A stretch of 64,000 nucleotides of DNA from an uncultured delta proteobacterium (GTDB lineage: Bacteria; Desulfobacterota; Binatia; Binatales; Binataceae). The stretch lies in the NCBI GenBank assembly GCA_963765675.1, contig CAVXXK010000001.1, forward strand, positions 1,120,001 to 1,184,000, in the 5' to 3' direction. How positions within the stretch are numbered: the first letter of the stretch is position 1; each line of letters opens with the position of its first letter. Positions 41,034 through 51,013 of this stretch are shown one piece after another. Below the pieces are notes generated by a model, which saw only the letters and a program-made list of their open reading frames with translations, had not been told where the DNA came from and did no database searches. A program made the translations under genes and the position numbers.

Positions 41034-44000
41034 ATGTTACAACGCAGAATTTTTCCCAACTTATTCTTGGCTGTGGCCTTGCTCGGCGGAGCAGCGGTCA
41101 TCACCGTCGCGGCTATCGGCAATAACCAGCGGCGTCAATCGCTCCAGCCTGCTATCTCTAAGTCCTACATCGAAACGCGAATCTCGAAAGCTTATGGCAG
41201 ATTGGCGCTATCCTTCGAGCCAAACGTCGGCCAGGCGGAACACGGCATAGATTACCTCTCTCGCTCAACCGGCTTCACGGTCTATGTGGCGCCGACTTCG
41301 GCGACGTTTGATTTTGCGGATGGCGACTCCGGCTCAGCAAGTGAGCGTCGCGAGCTGCGCATAAGATTCGAAGGCGCCGACGCACACGCGCTTCGAACCT
41401 TCGAACATCAACTGCCTGGTGTAGTGAATTACTATATCGGGAACGACCCGGCGAAGTGGCATTCGCAGGTCCCGACCTTCGCCAAAGTCGGTTACCGGGA
41501 CGCTTGGCCGGGAATCGACCTTGTTTATCACGGCACCAGGGGCCGGCTCGAATTCGACCTCGAGGCGTCACCAGGAGCCAATCTGTCGCGGGCGCAGTTT
41601 GGCCTAAGTGGTATCGGCCGGGTCGAGATCGATCGCAGCGGAAATGCGATCTTGCATTTCGCCACCGGCTCGCTGGTACTGCACAAGCCCGACGCGTGGC
41701 AGGATTACGGCGGTGTACGCCATCCGGTTGAAGTTTGCTACCGCTTGAAGAGTGGATCGCGTCTCGCGTTTACGATCGGCGCCTATGACCATACGCAGCC
41801 GCTGGTGATCGATCCTTCCTTCACCATGTCGACTTTCGTCGGCGGCCACGTCGCACAATCGAATGCAATTGCGGTGGACGCCAACGGATGGACCTATCTG
41901 ACTGGCTGGGCCAACGACAACTGCGCGAGCTGCACCAAAGATACAGGATTGTTCCCGACCACAGTCGGTTCCAGCCCCACGTTTACCAAAAGCAACACCG
42001 GCGACGCCTGGGTCGAGGTGCTCACACCGACCGGTACCGCGGTAGCATACGCAACGCTTATCGGCGGCAGCGAGTTCGACGAGGGTACTGCGCTCGCGCC
42101 CGACAACTCAGGTTCGGGGATCTCGCCTGGAAACGTATACGTGGTGGGCAATACTCAATCGACCGACTTTCCATTTAGCAACTCTCAGCCCGGGGTGGAA
42201 TTCGGCAAGGGCGATGCATGGATCGCCAAGTTCGGCCCGACCGGAACAAAGCAATTTGCCACGGAAATTGGTGGAAACCAGAGTGACGTCGCAAACGGAG
42301 TGGCCGTCCAGCCCGGATGCGCCAGCACCGCGTTGAGGCCCTGCACTCCGGTGATAGTGGGCGCGACCTTCTCGAACAACTTCGAGTCTTCCAAAACTGG
42401 TACTCTGCTCGGCTCCGAGGATGCATTTCTCGTATCGATCAATAGCGATGGAGGTGTGACAGCGTCGCAGGTGGACGGCGCCAGCACTCCCGCGAGCGCC
42501 GCCGCGTACGGAAACAGCGTCGCGATCGATGGCAGCGGCGCGATTTACGTAACCGGAGGCACTGACGCCGAAACTTTCCCCACCGCCAACTCGGCGGTGC
42601 CATTCGGAGGCACTGCGGACGCGTTCGTGATGAAGCTTCCGCCGCCAGCTCCCACTTTCTCCGCCCCTATCTGGTCGCGATTTCTCGGGGGCTCGGGTTT
42701 TGATGAGGGCTTGGGGATCGCACTGACGCCAGGTTGCCAGTCGAACTGTACCGTGTTCGTTGAAGGCAACACCTTCTCGCCCGACTTTCCCGATACAACC
42801 AGCGCAGTCTTCCAGGGCACGGGCGATACATTCGTTACGGAGCTCAGCGAAGATGGCGCGACGAATCTCTATTCCACCATGCTTGGCGGCCTCCCGGACA
42901 AGACCCTGGGCGCAATCAATGGCATCGCGGTCGATAGCAGTGGCGACGCCTTTGTGGTGGGGACCACCAGCGCGAGAAACCTGCCTTTGGTAGCCGGCTC
43001 CAATCAGTTCCAGGCCGCCAACGGCGTCGTGTTCGAGAGCACTAATAATTTCAGCACTTCCACCTTCGCCAACTTTCCAGCCTCTGCGGGGTCGGTGATC
43101 AAATTCCAGGGCGCTATACCTGCGGTCTATGCAGCAACCGAGCGCGGAGAGATCTTTAGCAGTAGCGACGGGAACATCATCTGGAACCAGGCGGCCGCCG
43201 CTGGTCTGCCATCGGGTCCAATCACTTCCTTTGTCGTCGACACGAACTTTTCCTCTCCGCTGATGTTGGCGGCGACAGGCAGCGGATTATACATCTCCAC
43301 CGACGGTGCAGCCGCCACCTTCTCCGCCACTGGAATCAATGATCAACTGGTCACCTGGACCGCCGACATCTCATCGAGCTCGAAACCACAACTCTCCAGC
43401 ACGACGGTACTGGCAGGCGTTGTGGGAGGAATTGAAGTGAGCACCGATGGCGGCACATCATTTGACCCGAGCTGTGAAGTCAAAGGATTCCCGACTAACA
43501 ACTCGATCATTGTCTATGACTGGGTGCTCGAGTCCTCGACTGGAGTTGCATATTTCGCGACCAACGAGGGCGTCTGGGCCTCTACGTCCGATGTGGTAGG
43601 GAACGCCTGCGGGTTCAGCGTAAGTCAGACTGGACTCTCGACGGTTGCAGCCCTGTCCATTCAAGCGGACCAGAAGAGCACGATCATTTATGCGGGTACA
43701 TTCGAGGACGGTCTCTATGTAAGCACGGATGGCGACAATTTCTCTTCTCTGAGTCTCGGTTTTCCTGCACCGACAGTTTCGGTTCTCGCCAACGCGGCAG
43801 CGAACGCGACACCGAATACAATTCTCGCGGGCGTGACCAGCCTCTCTGAGGCGAGCATCCTCATCTGTACCGACGGAGGAATCTCCTTCAGTACCGAAGC
43901 GAACGGGGTCCTGGATTCCAAAGGGGCCGTGAGCGCCATTGGCGCAGACGATGCTGCCGCCAATCTCGATGAGGACGCCTTTGTCGCAGAAATTGCCGCC

Positions 44001-45110
44001 AGCGGCGGCGCTCCGCAGGTGGTCGAGTACGTCGGTGGTGACAACTATGACACCGGATCTGGAATCGCGGTTAACGCCGCCGGAAGTCTTATCTTCGTAA
44101 CGGGTTCAACCTTCTCGGGAGACGGAACTTTTCCGATTGTGGATGCCATACAGAGTCAGTTCGGCGACTCAGACAGCGGTGGCTTCGTCAATGGGTTCGT
44201 TACTCAGATCAGCCAGCCCGCCGGACCGCCGTCAAGTGCAACGCCGACCAACACTCCGACCGCCGGTACGCCGACTGCGACTGAGACGGCGACGACAACT
44301 CCAAGTCCGAGCCCCTCACCCACGGTCAGCTCTACTTCCTCCGCGACCGCAACTTCAACCCCAACTCCGACGGCAGCCGCGTCGCCTACGCTGACTCCGA
44401 CCGCGACCGCATCCGCTACAGCGACACCAACCGCGGCGCCGACTCCGGTCAGCGCCAGATTGACGGCTTCGCCGAAATCGCTGGATTTCCCGGATGAAAT
44501 CGTTCTCGGCAGTAACGGCACACCAAGCCGAGCGATGAATGTCACTCTGCGCAATTCCCGGACGTCGAAACAGGATCAGCCGATCACCATATTGACCATG
44601 AGTGCGAGTCCTCCGTTCGCAGCCGCGCAAACGTGCGTCGGCCAAGCTATTCAGCCCGGCGCAACGTGCCAGGTCGCGGTCACCTTTACGCCCTCCAGCG
44701 CTGGAGTTGCGCCGGAGGGGTCGCTGGTAGTGACTAGCAACGCGAGCGATCCGTCAGTCTCAGTGAAACTCAAGGGCAAGGCTAAGACCGCTGGCATAAC
44801 GATCACTCCCAAATCACTAAGCTTCGGCAAGGTAGCGATCGGCGAGTCGAGCGCCGCGATGACGGTGACCCTTACCAACGAGAATCCACTTGTTATGACA
44901 CTCGCCGCACCTACTCTGACTGACCCGAGAGGTGAGTTTGCAATCGACACGACCAATTGCACCGCGACTCTCGCCGTTAACGGTGGAACGTGTTCCATCA
45001 GCGTACTATTCCATCCGACCGCGAAAGGATCGGCGAAGGGCGAACTCCATCTCAACGACGACGCGGCGGGTAGCCCACAGCAGGTGAAGCTAAGCGGGGT
45101 TGGTGGTTGA
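41034..45110 (+). CDS. Large secreted SBBP/beta-propeller repeat protein with PT linker and two C-terminal Ig-like (choice-of-anchor D-like) domains
   Basis: LSFEPNVGQ, VNYYIGNDPAKW, YDHTQPLVIDP, repeated IAVD..G..YVTG.T.S.DFP; Thr/Pro linker. Confidence 0.85.
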   Translation: MLQRRIFPNLFLAVALLGGAAVITVAAIGNNQRRQSLQPAISKSYIETRISKAYGRLALSFEPNVGQAEHGIDYLSRSTGFTVYVAPTSATFDFADGDSGSASERRELRIRFEGADAHALRTFEHQLPGVVNYYIGNDPAKWHSQVPTFAKVGYRDAWPGIDLVYHGTRGRLEFDLEASPGANLSRAQFGLSGIGRVEIDRSGNAILHFATGSLVLHKPDAWQDYGGVRHPVEVCYRLKSGSRLAFTIGAYDHTQPLVIDPSFTMSTFVGGHVAQSNAIAVDANGWTYLTGWANDNCASCTKDTGLFPTTVGSSPTFTKSNTGDAWVEVLTPTGTAVAYATLIGGSEFDEGTALAPDNSGSGISPGNVYVVGNTQSTDFPFSNSQPGVEFGKGDAWIAKFGPTGTKQFATEIGGNQSDVANGVAVQPGCASTALRPCTPVIVGATFSNNFESSKTGTLLGSEDAFLVSINSDGGVTASQVDGASTPASAAAYGNSVAIDGSGAIYVTGGTDAETFPTANSAVPFGGTADAFVMKLPPPAPTFSAPIWSRFLGGSGFDEGLGIALTPGCQSNCTVFVEGNTFSPDFPDTTSAVFQGTGDTFVTELSEDGATNLYSTMLGGLPDKTLGAINGIAVDSSGDAFVVGTTSARNLPLVAGSNQFQAANGVVFESTNNFSTSTFANFPASAGSVIKFQGAIPAVYAATERGEIFSSSDGNIIWNQAAAAGLPSGPITSFVVDTNFSSPLMLAATGSGLYISTDGAAATFSATGINDQLVTWTADISSSSKPQLSSTTVLAGVVGGIEVSTDGGTSFDPSCEVKGFPTNNSIIVYDWVLESSTGVAYFATNEGVWASTSDVVGNACGFSVSQTGLSTVAALSIQADQKSTIIYAGTFEDGLYVSTDGDNFSSLSLGFPAPTVSVLANAAANATPNTILAGVTSLSEASILICTDGGISFSTEANGVLDSKGAVSAIGADDAAANLDEDAFVAEIAASGGAPQVVEYVGGDNYDTGSGIAVNAAGSLIFVTGSTFSGDGTFPIVDAIQSQFGDSDSGGFVNGFVTQISQPAGPPSSATPTNTPTAGTPTATETATTTPSPSPSPTVSSTSSATATSTPTPTAAASPTLTPTATASATATPTAAPTPVSARLTASPKSLDFPDEIVLGSNGTPSRAMNVTLRNSRTSKQDQPITILTMSASPPFAAAQTCVGQAIQPGATCQVAVTFTPSSAGVAPEGSLVVTSNASDPSVSVKLKGKAKTAGITITPKSLSFGKVAIGESSAAMTVTLTNENPLVMTLAAPTLTDPRGEFAIDTTNCTATLAVNGGTCSISVLFHPTAKGSAKGELHLNDDAAGSPQQVKLSGVGG

Positions 45111-45219
45111 GGCGATCGCGAGCCGAATTAAGCATCCGAAATTTCGCCGGCAGTATGGTGACCGACCGGTTCGATCCATATCGCCGCAGCTTACTCGGCA
45201 GCTCTCCAGGAAATCGTTG

Positions 45220-46011
45220 ATGCGCCTATCAAATCGATGGCTTTCAGTTATTGCGCCGCTGGCGCTTTTGAGCCTCGCTGCCTGCCACTCGCATAGCGCG
45301 CAGAACGGCCAGAACGCGCAGGATGCGTCAGCTCCGGCGGCGAGCGTCGACCGGGGTGCCGATCAGAAGCAGGCAGCGTCTTCGAACCCGGCACCGAAAC
45401 TGGTTCTGGTCTACCGATTCCACATCCCTTCGGACTTGTTGATGGAGAGATTCTCGACTGGCGTCAGCTCTCGCGGCCGCGATACCACCTGGGAGCGGCA
45501 AATTGCTCTAGCTAACGAGGTTCAAGATGGGGTGGCACGCGACCTGGTCGATCGTATCAGTGCTCTCGGTATCCCGGCCAAGCGTTCCAGCAGCTCGCTG
45601 AACCCGACGCCGGTTTGTCTCATCCTCCAGGGACAATTCGTCAGCCGCGATCAGCTCGATCCGAGTCACCGCAACGTCATTGGATTCGAGCCAAGCCAAT
45701 CCGTGGTTGTCGTACACGTCACGCTGTCTCAGCTGGTTGCGAACAAAAGCTCAGTGGTGATGGCGTTTACGACTCGCGCGCACAGTGCTCCGATGCCGGA
45801 TGCACTAGTGAACGTTGGGGCAGGACTCGGCGGTGCCGGGAACCACAACGGCAATTCCGCGCCTACCGCAATTGAGCACTACGGGCCTCAGGTCGAAGAT
45901 CTCGCGAGCCAGAGCGCCGGTCAAATTTCGGCCCAGCTTGCACAGTACTTCAGCCAACAAGGTTGGATCAGCCCTGCCACACTGAGGAGCCAAGCCACGT
46001 CCAATCGCTAG
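45220..46011 (+). CDS. Putative lipoprotein (DUF4410-like)
   Basis: LAAC lipobox; ILQGQFVS...RNVIGF; YFSQQGWI C-terminus. Confidence 0.6.
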   Translation: MRLSNRWLSVIAPLALLSLAACHSHSAQNGQNAQDASAPAASVDRGADQKQAASSNPAPKLVLVYRFHIPSDLLMERFSTGVSSRGRDTTWERQIALANEVQDGVARDLVDRISALGIPAKRSSSSLNPTPVCLILQGQFVSRDQLDPSHRNVIGFEPSQSVVVVHVTLSQLVANKSSVVMAFTTRAHSAPMPDALVNVGAGLGGAGNHNGNSAPTAIEHYGPQVEDLASQSAGQISAQLAQYFSQQGWISPATLRSQATSNR

Positions 46012-46075
46012 CTGAATCGGCAGCAGAATTCGCCCGCACGCTCTGTATACGCGGCGTGGCGCGGATCCTAACGCA

Positions 46076-46870
46076 CTACGGTTTTGCCGGTTGGGCGGCG
46101 CTTCCTCCAATTTTTCCTCCAGCGGCCCGGGTCGATGCACGCTTGGAATTCGACTTGAAGCCCGGCGGGATTGCGAAAGTTTCGGGAGGAAGGTCCGTCA
46201 CTTCAATCTTTGAGACCTCAATCTTGCTCGTCAGCGGATGCCGTTTTGCGAGCTTTTGCTGAATCTCAACCCCCTCATTGGGAATTTTCTTTCCCTTGGG
46301 CAGGGGGCTGGCGAGCATCTCCGTAGCCGAATCAATTGCTAGCGGAATGCCTGGCGGAATAGAGATCGAAGACGGCGTCAGTCCCGCGTTCTTCAACTTT
46401 TCTGTCATGGCCGAGCGGTATTCACTGAACTCGCGGGCGCCCGGCGCGCTGCTGGAAACGCATTCGGTAGTCGTGTAACGCACATTCGGCGCTTCAATTA
46501 AACCCGCGTAATCGTCGCACGCGTAGCCTGCGATCTTGTGCGACCTCCCGGTCTTTTTAAGGTCAAACATCCCTTCGCTACGCGCGAAAATCTCGCCCAT
46601 CGGTCCGGTCGGAGGGAATGGCGCTTCCGTGTATAGCTTGTGCGCCAAATCGAGCTGATACATCTTTCCTGCATCCAAGTCGGTGATGATTGCGCCTTGG
46701 TAGAGAACAACTTTGCGCTTATGACCCTGTATCCACGTAGTCTCATTAAACGTTCGATCTTTTGCCCCGCCGCTGGTCTGCCGCTGCTCAGTGATGGTCA
46801 CTCCCGCTGAAGCGGGAATCGCCATCAGAACAAGCACGATCGCCAACGGTGCGCCGATTGTCAGTTTCAT
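46076..46870 (-). CDS. Secreted DUF4412-like protein
   Basis: Signal peptide; IITDLDAG, KTGRSHKIAGYACDDY, FAIPPGFK. Confidence 0.7.
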   Translation of the reverse strand: MKLTIGAPLAIVLVLMAIPASAGVTITEQRQTSGGAKDRTFNETTWIQGHKRKVVLYQGAIITDLDAGKMYQLDLAHKLYTEAPFPPTGPMGEIFARSEGMFDLKKTGRSHKIAGYACDDYAGLIEAPNVRYTTTECVSSSAPGAREFSEYRSAMTEKLKNAGLTPSSISIPPGIPLAIDSATEMLASPLPKGKKIPNEGVEIQQKLAKRHPLTSKIEVSKIEVTDLPPETFAIPPGFKSNSKRASTRAAGGKIGGSAAQPAKP

Positions 46871-47285
46871 GATTCAGTACCCTCCGTTTTTCTATGCGTC
46901 TTCAGAATGACCGAAAATTCGACGGAGCGGACTCCCGCGTTTGGGGTTGCGCCGGCTTTAGGCAAATGGCCGATCGTTTTGTTGCGCCGGTTAGCCAAGA
47001 AAACGCATGACTGTGTATGCGGTCGCCGTCCATCTGTCAATGTGCAGTGCGTCAATCACAGTTCCCGACCGTTCCGCGGATCGGACCAATCCGCAGCACA
47101 TTTGGCGCGCATGAAAGTAGATTATTCGACGCTCACTGGCAGCGAATTGAGTTCTTGCCGGAATAATCAATTGTCGTGATACCGCCATGAAACTACGGGC
47201 CGTCTCGACGCAAGTCCGGCGGAATTCTATCCTTGCCCCGAATGAGGTCAATTCACCATTTGCAGTCGCTCTCCGAAGAGGCCCT

Positions 47286-47807
47286 ATGTCGAAGTTGATG
47301 CTTGCTTTCGGCTCATTCGTGATCGGTGCAATCTCCACGTTCGTCGTACTTACCGGCAGTCAGGCATTGATCTGGGCGCAATCTCCTGCGGCATCATCGT
47401 CATCGTCGCCGTTAGGTTCAGCTGTACGCCCCGAGACGATTTCGGTAGACGCGCGAGTACCCAGGGTTCCAGAAATTCCGGTACGGTTCGCCAACCTGTC
47501 GTTCCCGGCTAACCAATCGGAGCAGCTTGACGGTCTGAGTTGCACGGGATGCGCCTTCAGCGATCCGTTGCTCATCTATGGAGGGGGCGAATACCAGTTG
47601 ATCAATACGACCTTCGCCAGAGGCACCCTACGGATCCAACTCGTAGGTGCGGCACAGAACACGTTCAATCTTCTCCAGCAGCTTGGACTTCTCCGTGAAC
47701 CGTCCTTCAAAGGACGGGTGCCGAAGTCCAAGGTGCCTCCCACTCAGACGGTCGAGCTCGACAAAACGATTACGATCAGCCTGAGCAGCGTTCACAGCCA
47801 GCGATAA
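47286..47807 (+). CDS. Hypothetical exported protein
   Basis: GAGG RBS, N-terminal hydrophobic segment, CxxC. Confidence 0.55.
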   Translation: MSKLMLAFGSFVIGAISTFVVLTGSQALIWAQSPAASSSSSPLGSAVRPETISVDARVPRVPEIPVRFANLSFPANQSEQLDGLSCTGCAFSDPLLIYGGGEYQLINTTFARGTLRIQLVGAAQNTFNLLQQLGLLREPSFKGRVPKSKVPPTQTVELDKTITISLSSVHSQR

Positions 47808-48034
47808 AATCGCAGAGCGCTTTTTGTCCGCAGAGCGCACTCCGGCGACAGCCAAAACTGTCGACCCGGGCGAGTTTTGAGCGATTGGCCGAATTTAGAC
47901 GTTGAAGTGGATAGAAATTGCCAATGCGAAGGGACCAGTCGCGGCTAGGTATGAGGGCATGATTGAGACGATTCGGCGGCTAACATTAAGTTAGCTAAAC
48001 TTGCTTTAAGCTGAAGTTCTTTGTCAATCCCGCT

Positions 48035-48120
48035 GAAAGAAAGGAGCGCCAGCCGTAACCCATCTTAGCAGGAGGAGGAACGGACTGGCGCCCCGGCCCT
48101 CGGTATTACCTCGGGACCAT
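48035..48120 (-). ncRNA. Putative anti-Shine-Dalgarno small RNA
   Basis: Promoter TTGCTG-18-TAGATT (48155-48126), 5' hairpin, 10-bp terminator stem plus TTTCTTTC; contains 29 nt complementary to 48733-48761. Confidence 0.65.
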
Positions 48121-48762
48121 CAAACAATCTAGCAAACGCGGTAATCTGTCAGCAATCGGGCGAACCAAAGTTTAAACCCGCGCATTTCTACCGAACTCTC
48201 AACCGGCGTTGCGATCTGTTCTTAGAATTTGGTCGAGAGGTTAGGTACGTCGCCTCAAATCAAAATTGTTGGTAAATACGATCGTAACTTCGTTCAGGCA
48301 AGTTGTTTCTAGGGTATGCCTATCCAAACTGGCCACTGCTCTATAAACGGCGAGATGTATTTTAATATGCCGTCCCATCACAAAATTCATCGCAACGTCG
48401 CAAAAGTAAGATATCAGGAAAAAAACGGTTTTTTAGCTGATTGTTATAATAATTGTCACTGAGTAGGTGATACCTAGATGAAACCGTATCCCCGTAGGGG
48501 CTTTCGCTCTGTTATTGGGTGTGTAAGAGGAAAACAAAGAGACAATTTTTATGACATTTCGATCACAATTTGTGCTTTGACTCATGCTTGCAACACGGCT
48601 GTACAAGTGGGATAAACCACGAGACGCAACGAAAACACGCGAAAGAAGTGCAAGAGCAAGCCTTAAGCATTCCTGAGCGCTTCGGAGGTTCGCAAGCAGA
48701 AAAGACACCGAATTAGTTTTAGCTCTAATAGTCCGTAACCCATAGCAGGAGGAGGAACGGAA

Positions 48763-49446
48763 ATGCGTAAGAGCCCAATCAACCAAACGGTCTTAGCATG
48801 GGCCGGCGTACTGGCGATAGCGCTGGGCGCCGTGATCTTGCTTGGACCAACAGCCCAGGCGGGTACGTTGCGCCGGGCTGGAACCAACCAAACCGGTTCA
48901 GGCGGTGCCGATCCTGGCACGTTCCTGACCGGTTATTTTGACACCGCACCTGGTTCCGAAGCATTTGGCGCCGGAGATAACGCTCTGCGGATCGAGAATC
49001 CGACGGCGGCCAACGGCAATCTGTGCGCGATGATCTACATCTTCGATGCGAGCGAAGAGCTCGGCGAATGTTGTGGATGTGTCCTGACTCCCAACCAACT
49101 GCTGCAGGATAGCGTTGACACTATTATCGGCAGCGCGTGGGAGATCAGCGGCGGGACCCCGGAGCAGGGCGTGATTCAGATCGTGAGTGCACTGCCCAAT
49201 GTGGGAACGACCTGCAACCCGGCGGCTGCCTACACCCCGACTGCGAACCTCAACGGCTGGGTGACCCATGCGCAGACGGTTGGCGGAATCACCGGCCTGA
49301 CTGAGGTGAGCCTGACGGATAACGGAGCAGCCGATGCGACTGAGGCGGCCTACCTCATCTCGACCTGCGGCGACATTCTGAGCAACGGCTCAGGCAAAGG
49401 TGACTGCACTTGTCCGACTCAGCCAGATGGAGTTCTCGCACCGTAG
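48763..49446 (+). CDS. Secreted Cys-rich hypothetical protein, paralog 1
   Basis: Strong RBS, signal peptide, LCAMIYIFDASEELGECCGC, 8 Cys. Confidence 0.85.
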   Translation: MRKSPINQTVLAWAGVLAIALGAVILLGPTAQAGTLRRAGTNQTGSGGADPGTFLTGYFDTAPGSEAFGAGDNALRIENPTAANGNLCAMIYIFDASEELGECCGCVLTPNQLLQDSVDTIIGSAWEISGGTPEQGVIQIVSALPNVGTTCNPAAAYTPTANLNGWVTHAQTVGGITGLTEVSLTDNGAADATEAAYLISTCGDILSNGSGKGDCTCPTQPDGVLAP

Positions 49447-49483
49447 CCGCGGGCAGTACACGAGGACACGGGAGGAACAAATT

Positions 49484-50206
49484 ATGAAAAGTAAGTCTAT
49501 AAAGAGTATGGCTCTGGCATGGACGGGCGCTCTGGCCATCGCGTTTGGGGCTGCGCTCGTCCTGAGTCCGACTGCCTATGCGCAGCCGGGTACTTTCCTG
49601 ACGGGGACTTTCGATCTTACGGCCGGTTCCGAAGCATTTGGCGCAGGAGATAATGCTCTGCGGATCGAGAACCCCACCGCGGCAAATGGCGATCTGTGCG
49701 CGATGGTCTACATCTTCGATGCGAGCGAAGAGCTCGGCGAATGTTGCGGTTGTGCCCTAACCCCGAACCAGCTGCTCTCGGACAGCGTTGAGACAATCCT
49801 GAGCGACACCTGGGAGATCAACGGTGGGACACCTGCGCAGGGCGTGATCCAGATCGTGAGCGCACTGCCCAATGCGGGGGCGGACTCGTGCAACCCTGCG
49901 AAGGCGTATACCCCGACCGCGAACCTTAACGGTTGGGTAACCCATGCGCAGAGAGTCGGCAGCGTTGGCGGTCTTACCGAGGTGAGCCTGACTGACAACG
50001 GAGCGGCCGACGCGACCGAGGCATCATTCCTGATCGCGGAGTGCGGAGACATCCTGTCCAATGGCTCGGGCTTTGGGAGCTGTGCTTGCCCGACTCAGCC
50101 CGACGGGACGTATACCGAAACCGCGGTGAAGACTGCCGGAACCGCAGTGAAGACAAAGCTAAGCAAAGTCAAGGCGTCCAATAGTCATGGCGTCGGAGTG
50201 AGATGA
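49484..50206 (+). CDS. Secreted Cys-rich hypothetical protein, paralog 2
   Basis: GGGAGG RBS, signal peptide, same Cys pattern, basic C-terminal extension. Confidence 0.85.
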   Translation: MKSKSIKSMALAWTGALAIAFGAALVLSPTAYAQPGTFLTGTFDLTAGSEAFGAGDNALRIENPTAANGDLCAMVYIFDASEELGECCGCALTPNQLLSDSVETILSDTWEINGGTPAQGVIQIVSALPNAGADSCNPAKAYTPTANLNGWVTHAQRVGSVGGLTEVSLTDNGAADATEASFLIAECGDILSNGSGFGSCACPTQPDGTYTETAVKTAGTAVKTKLSKVKASNSHGVGVR

Positions 50207-50245
50207 CGATCGGTGCGCTACGCGTACGCTCAAGGAGGAATCGAA

Positions 50246-50926
50246 ATGCGTAAAAGTTCATTTAATCAAACGGTTGCAACATGGGCCGGCGTACTGGCGA
50301 TTGCACTGGGCGCCGTGATCATGCTTGGACCAACGGCCCAAGCGGGTACGTTGCGTCGGGCCGGGACCAACCAAACCGGTTCAGGCGGTGCCGATCCTGG
50401 CACGTTCCTGACCGGTTATTTTGACACCGCACCTGGTTCCGAAGCATTTGGCGCCGGAGATAACGCTCTGCGGATCGAGAATCCGACGGCGGCCAACGGC
50501 AATCTGTGCGCGATGATCTACATCTTCGATGCGAGCGAAGAGCTCGGCGAATGTTGTGGATGTGTCCTGACTCCCAACCAACTGCTGCAGGATAGCGTTG
50601 ACACTATCATCGGCAGCGCGTGGGAGATCAGCGGCGGGACCCCGGAGCAGGGCGTGATTCAGATCGTGAGTGCACTGCCCAATGTGGGAACGACCTGCAA
50701 CCCGGCGGCTGCCTACACCCCGACTGCGAACCTCAACGGCTGGGTGACCCATGCGCAGACGGTTGGCGGAATCACCGGCCTGACTGAGGTGAGCCTGACG
50801 GATAACGGAGCAGCCGATGCGACTGAGGCGGCCTACCTCATCTCGACCTGCGGCGACATTCTGAGCAACGGCTCAGGCAAAGGTGACTGCACTTGCCCGA
50901 CTCAGCCAGATGGAGTTCTCGACTAG
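50246..50926 (+). CDS. Secreted Cys-rich hypothetical protein, paralog 3 (near-identical to paralog 1)
   Basis: AGGAGG RBS; mature region identical to paralog 1 except the extreme C-terminus. Confidence 0.85.
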   Translation: MRKSSFNQTVATWAGVLAIALGAVIMLGPTAQAGTLRRAGTNQTGSGGADPGTFLTGYFDTAPGSEAFGAGDNALRIENPTAANGNLCAMIYIFDASEELGECCGCVLTPNQLLQDSVDTIIGSAWEISGGTPEQGVIQIVSALPNVGTTCNPAAAYTPTANLNGWVTHAQTVGGITGLTEVSLTDNGAADATEAAYLISTCGDILSNGSGKGDCTCPTQPDGVLD

Positions 50927-51013
50927 AGCGTTCTCATGCGAAGCCGCGCCGCCGGGCTTTTCCGGCGGCCGGCATCGCAAACAGTGACGAAAATCGCAAC
51001 AGGAGATCAGACT

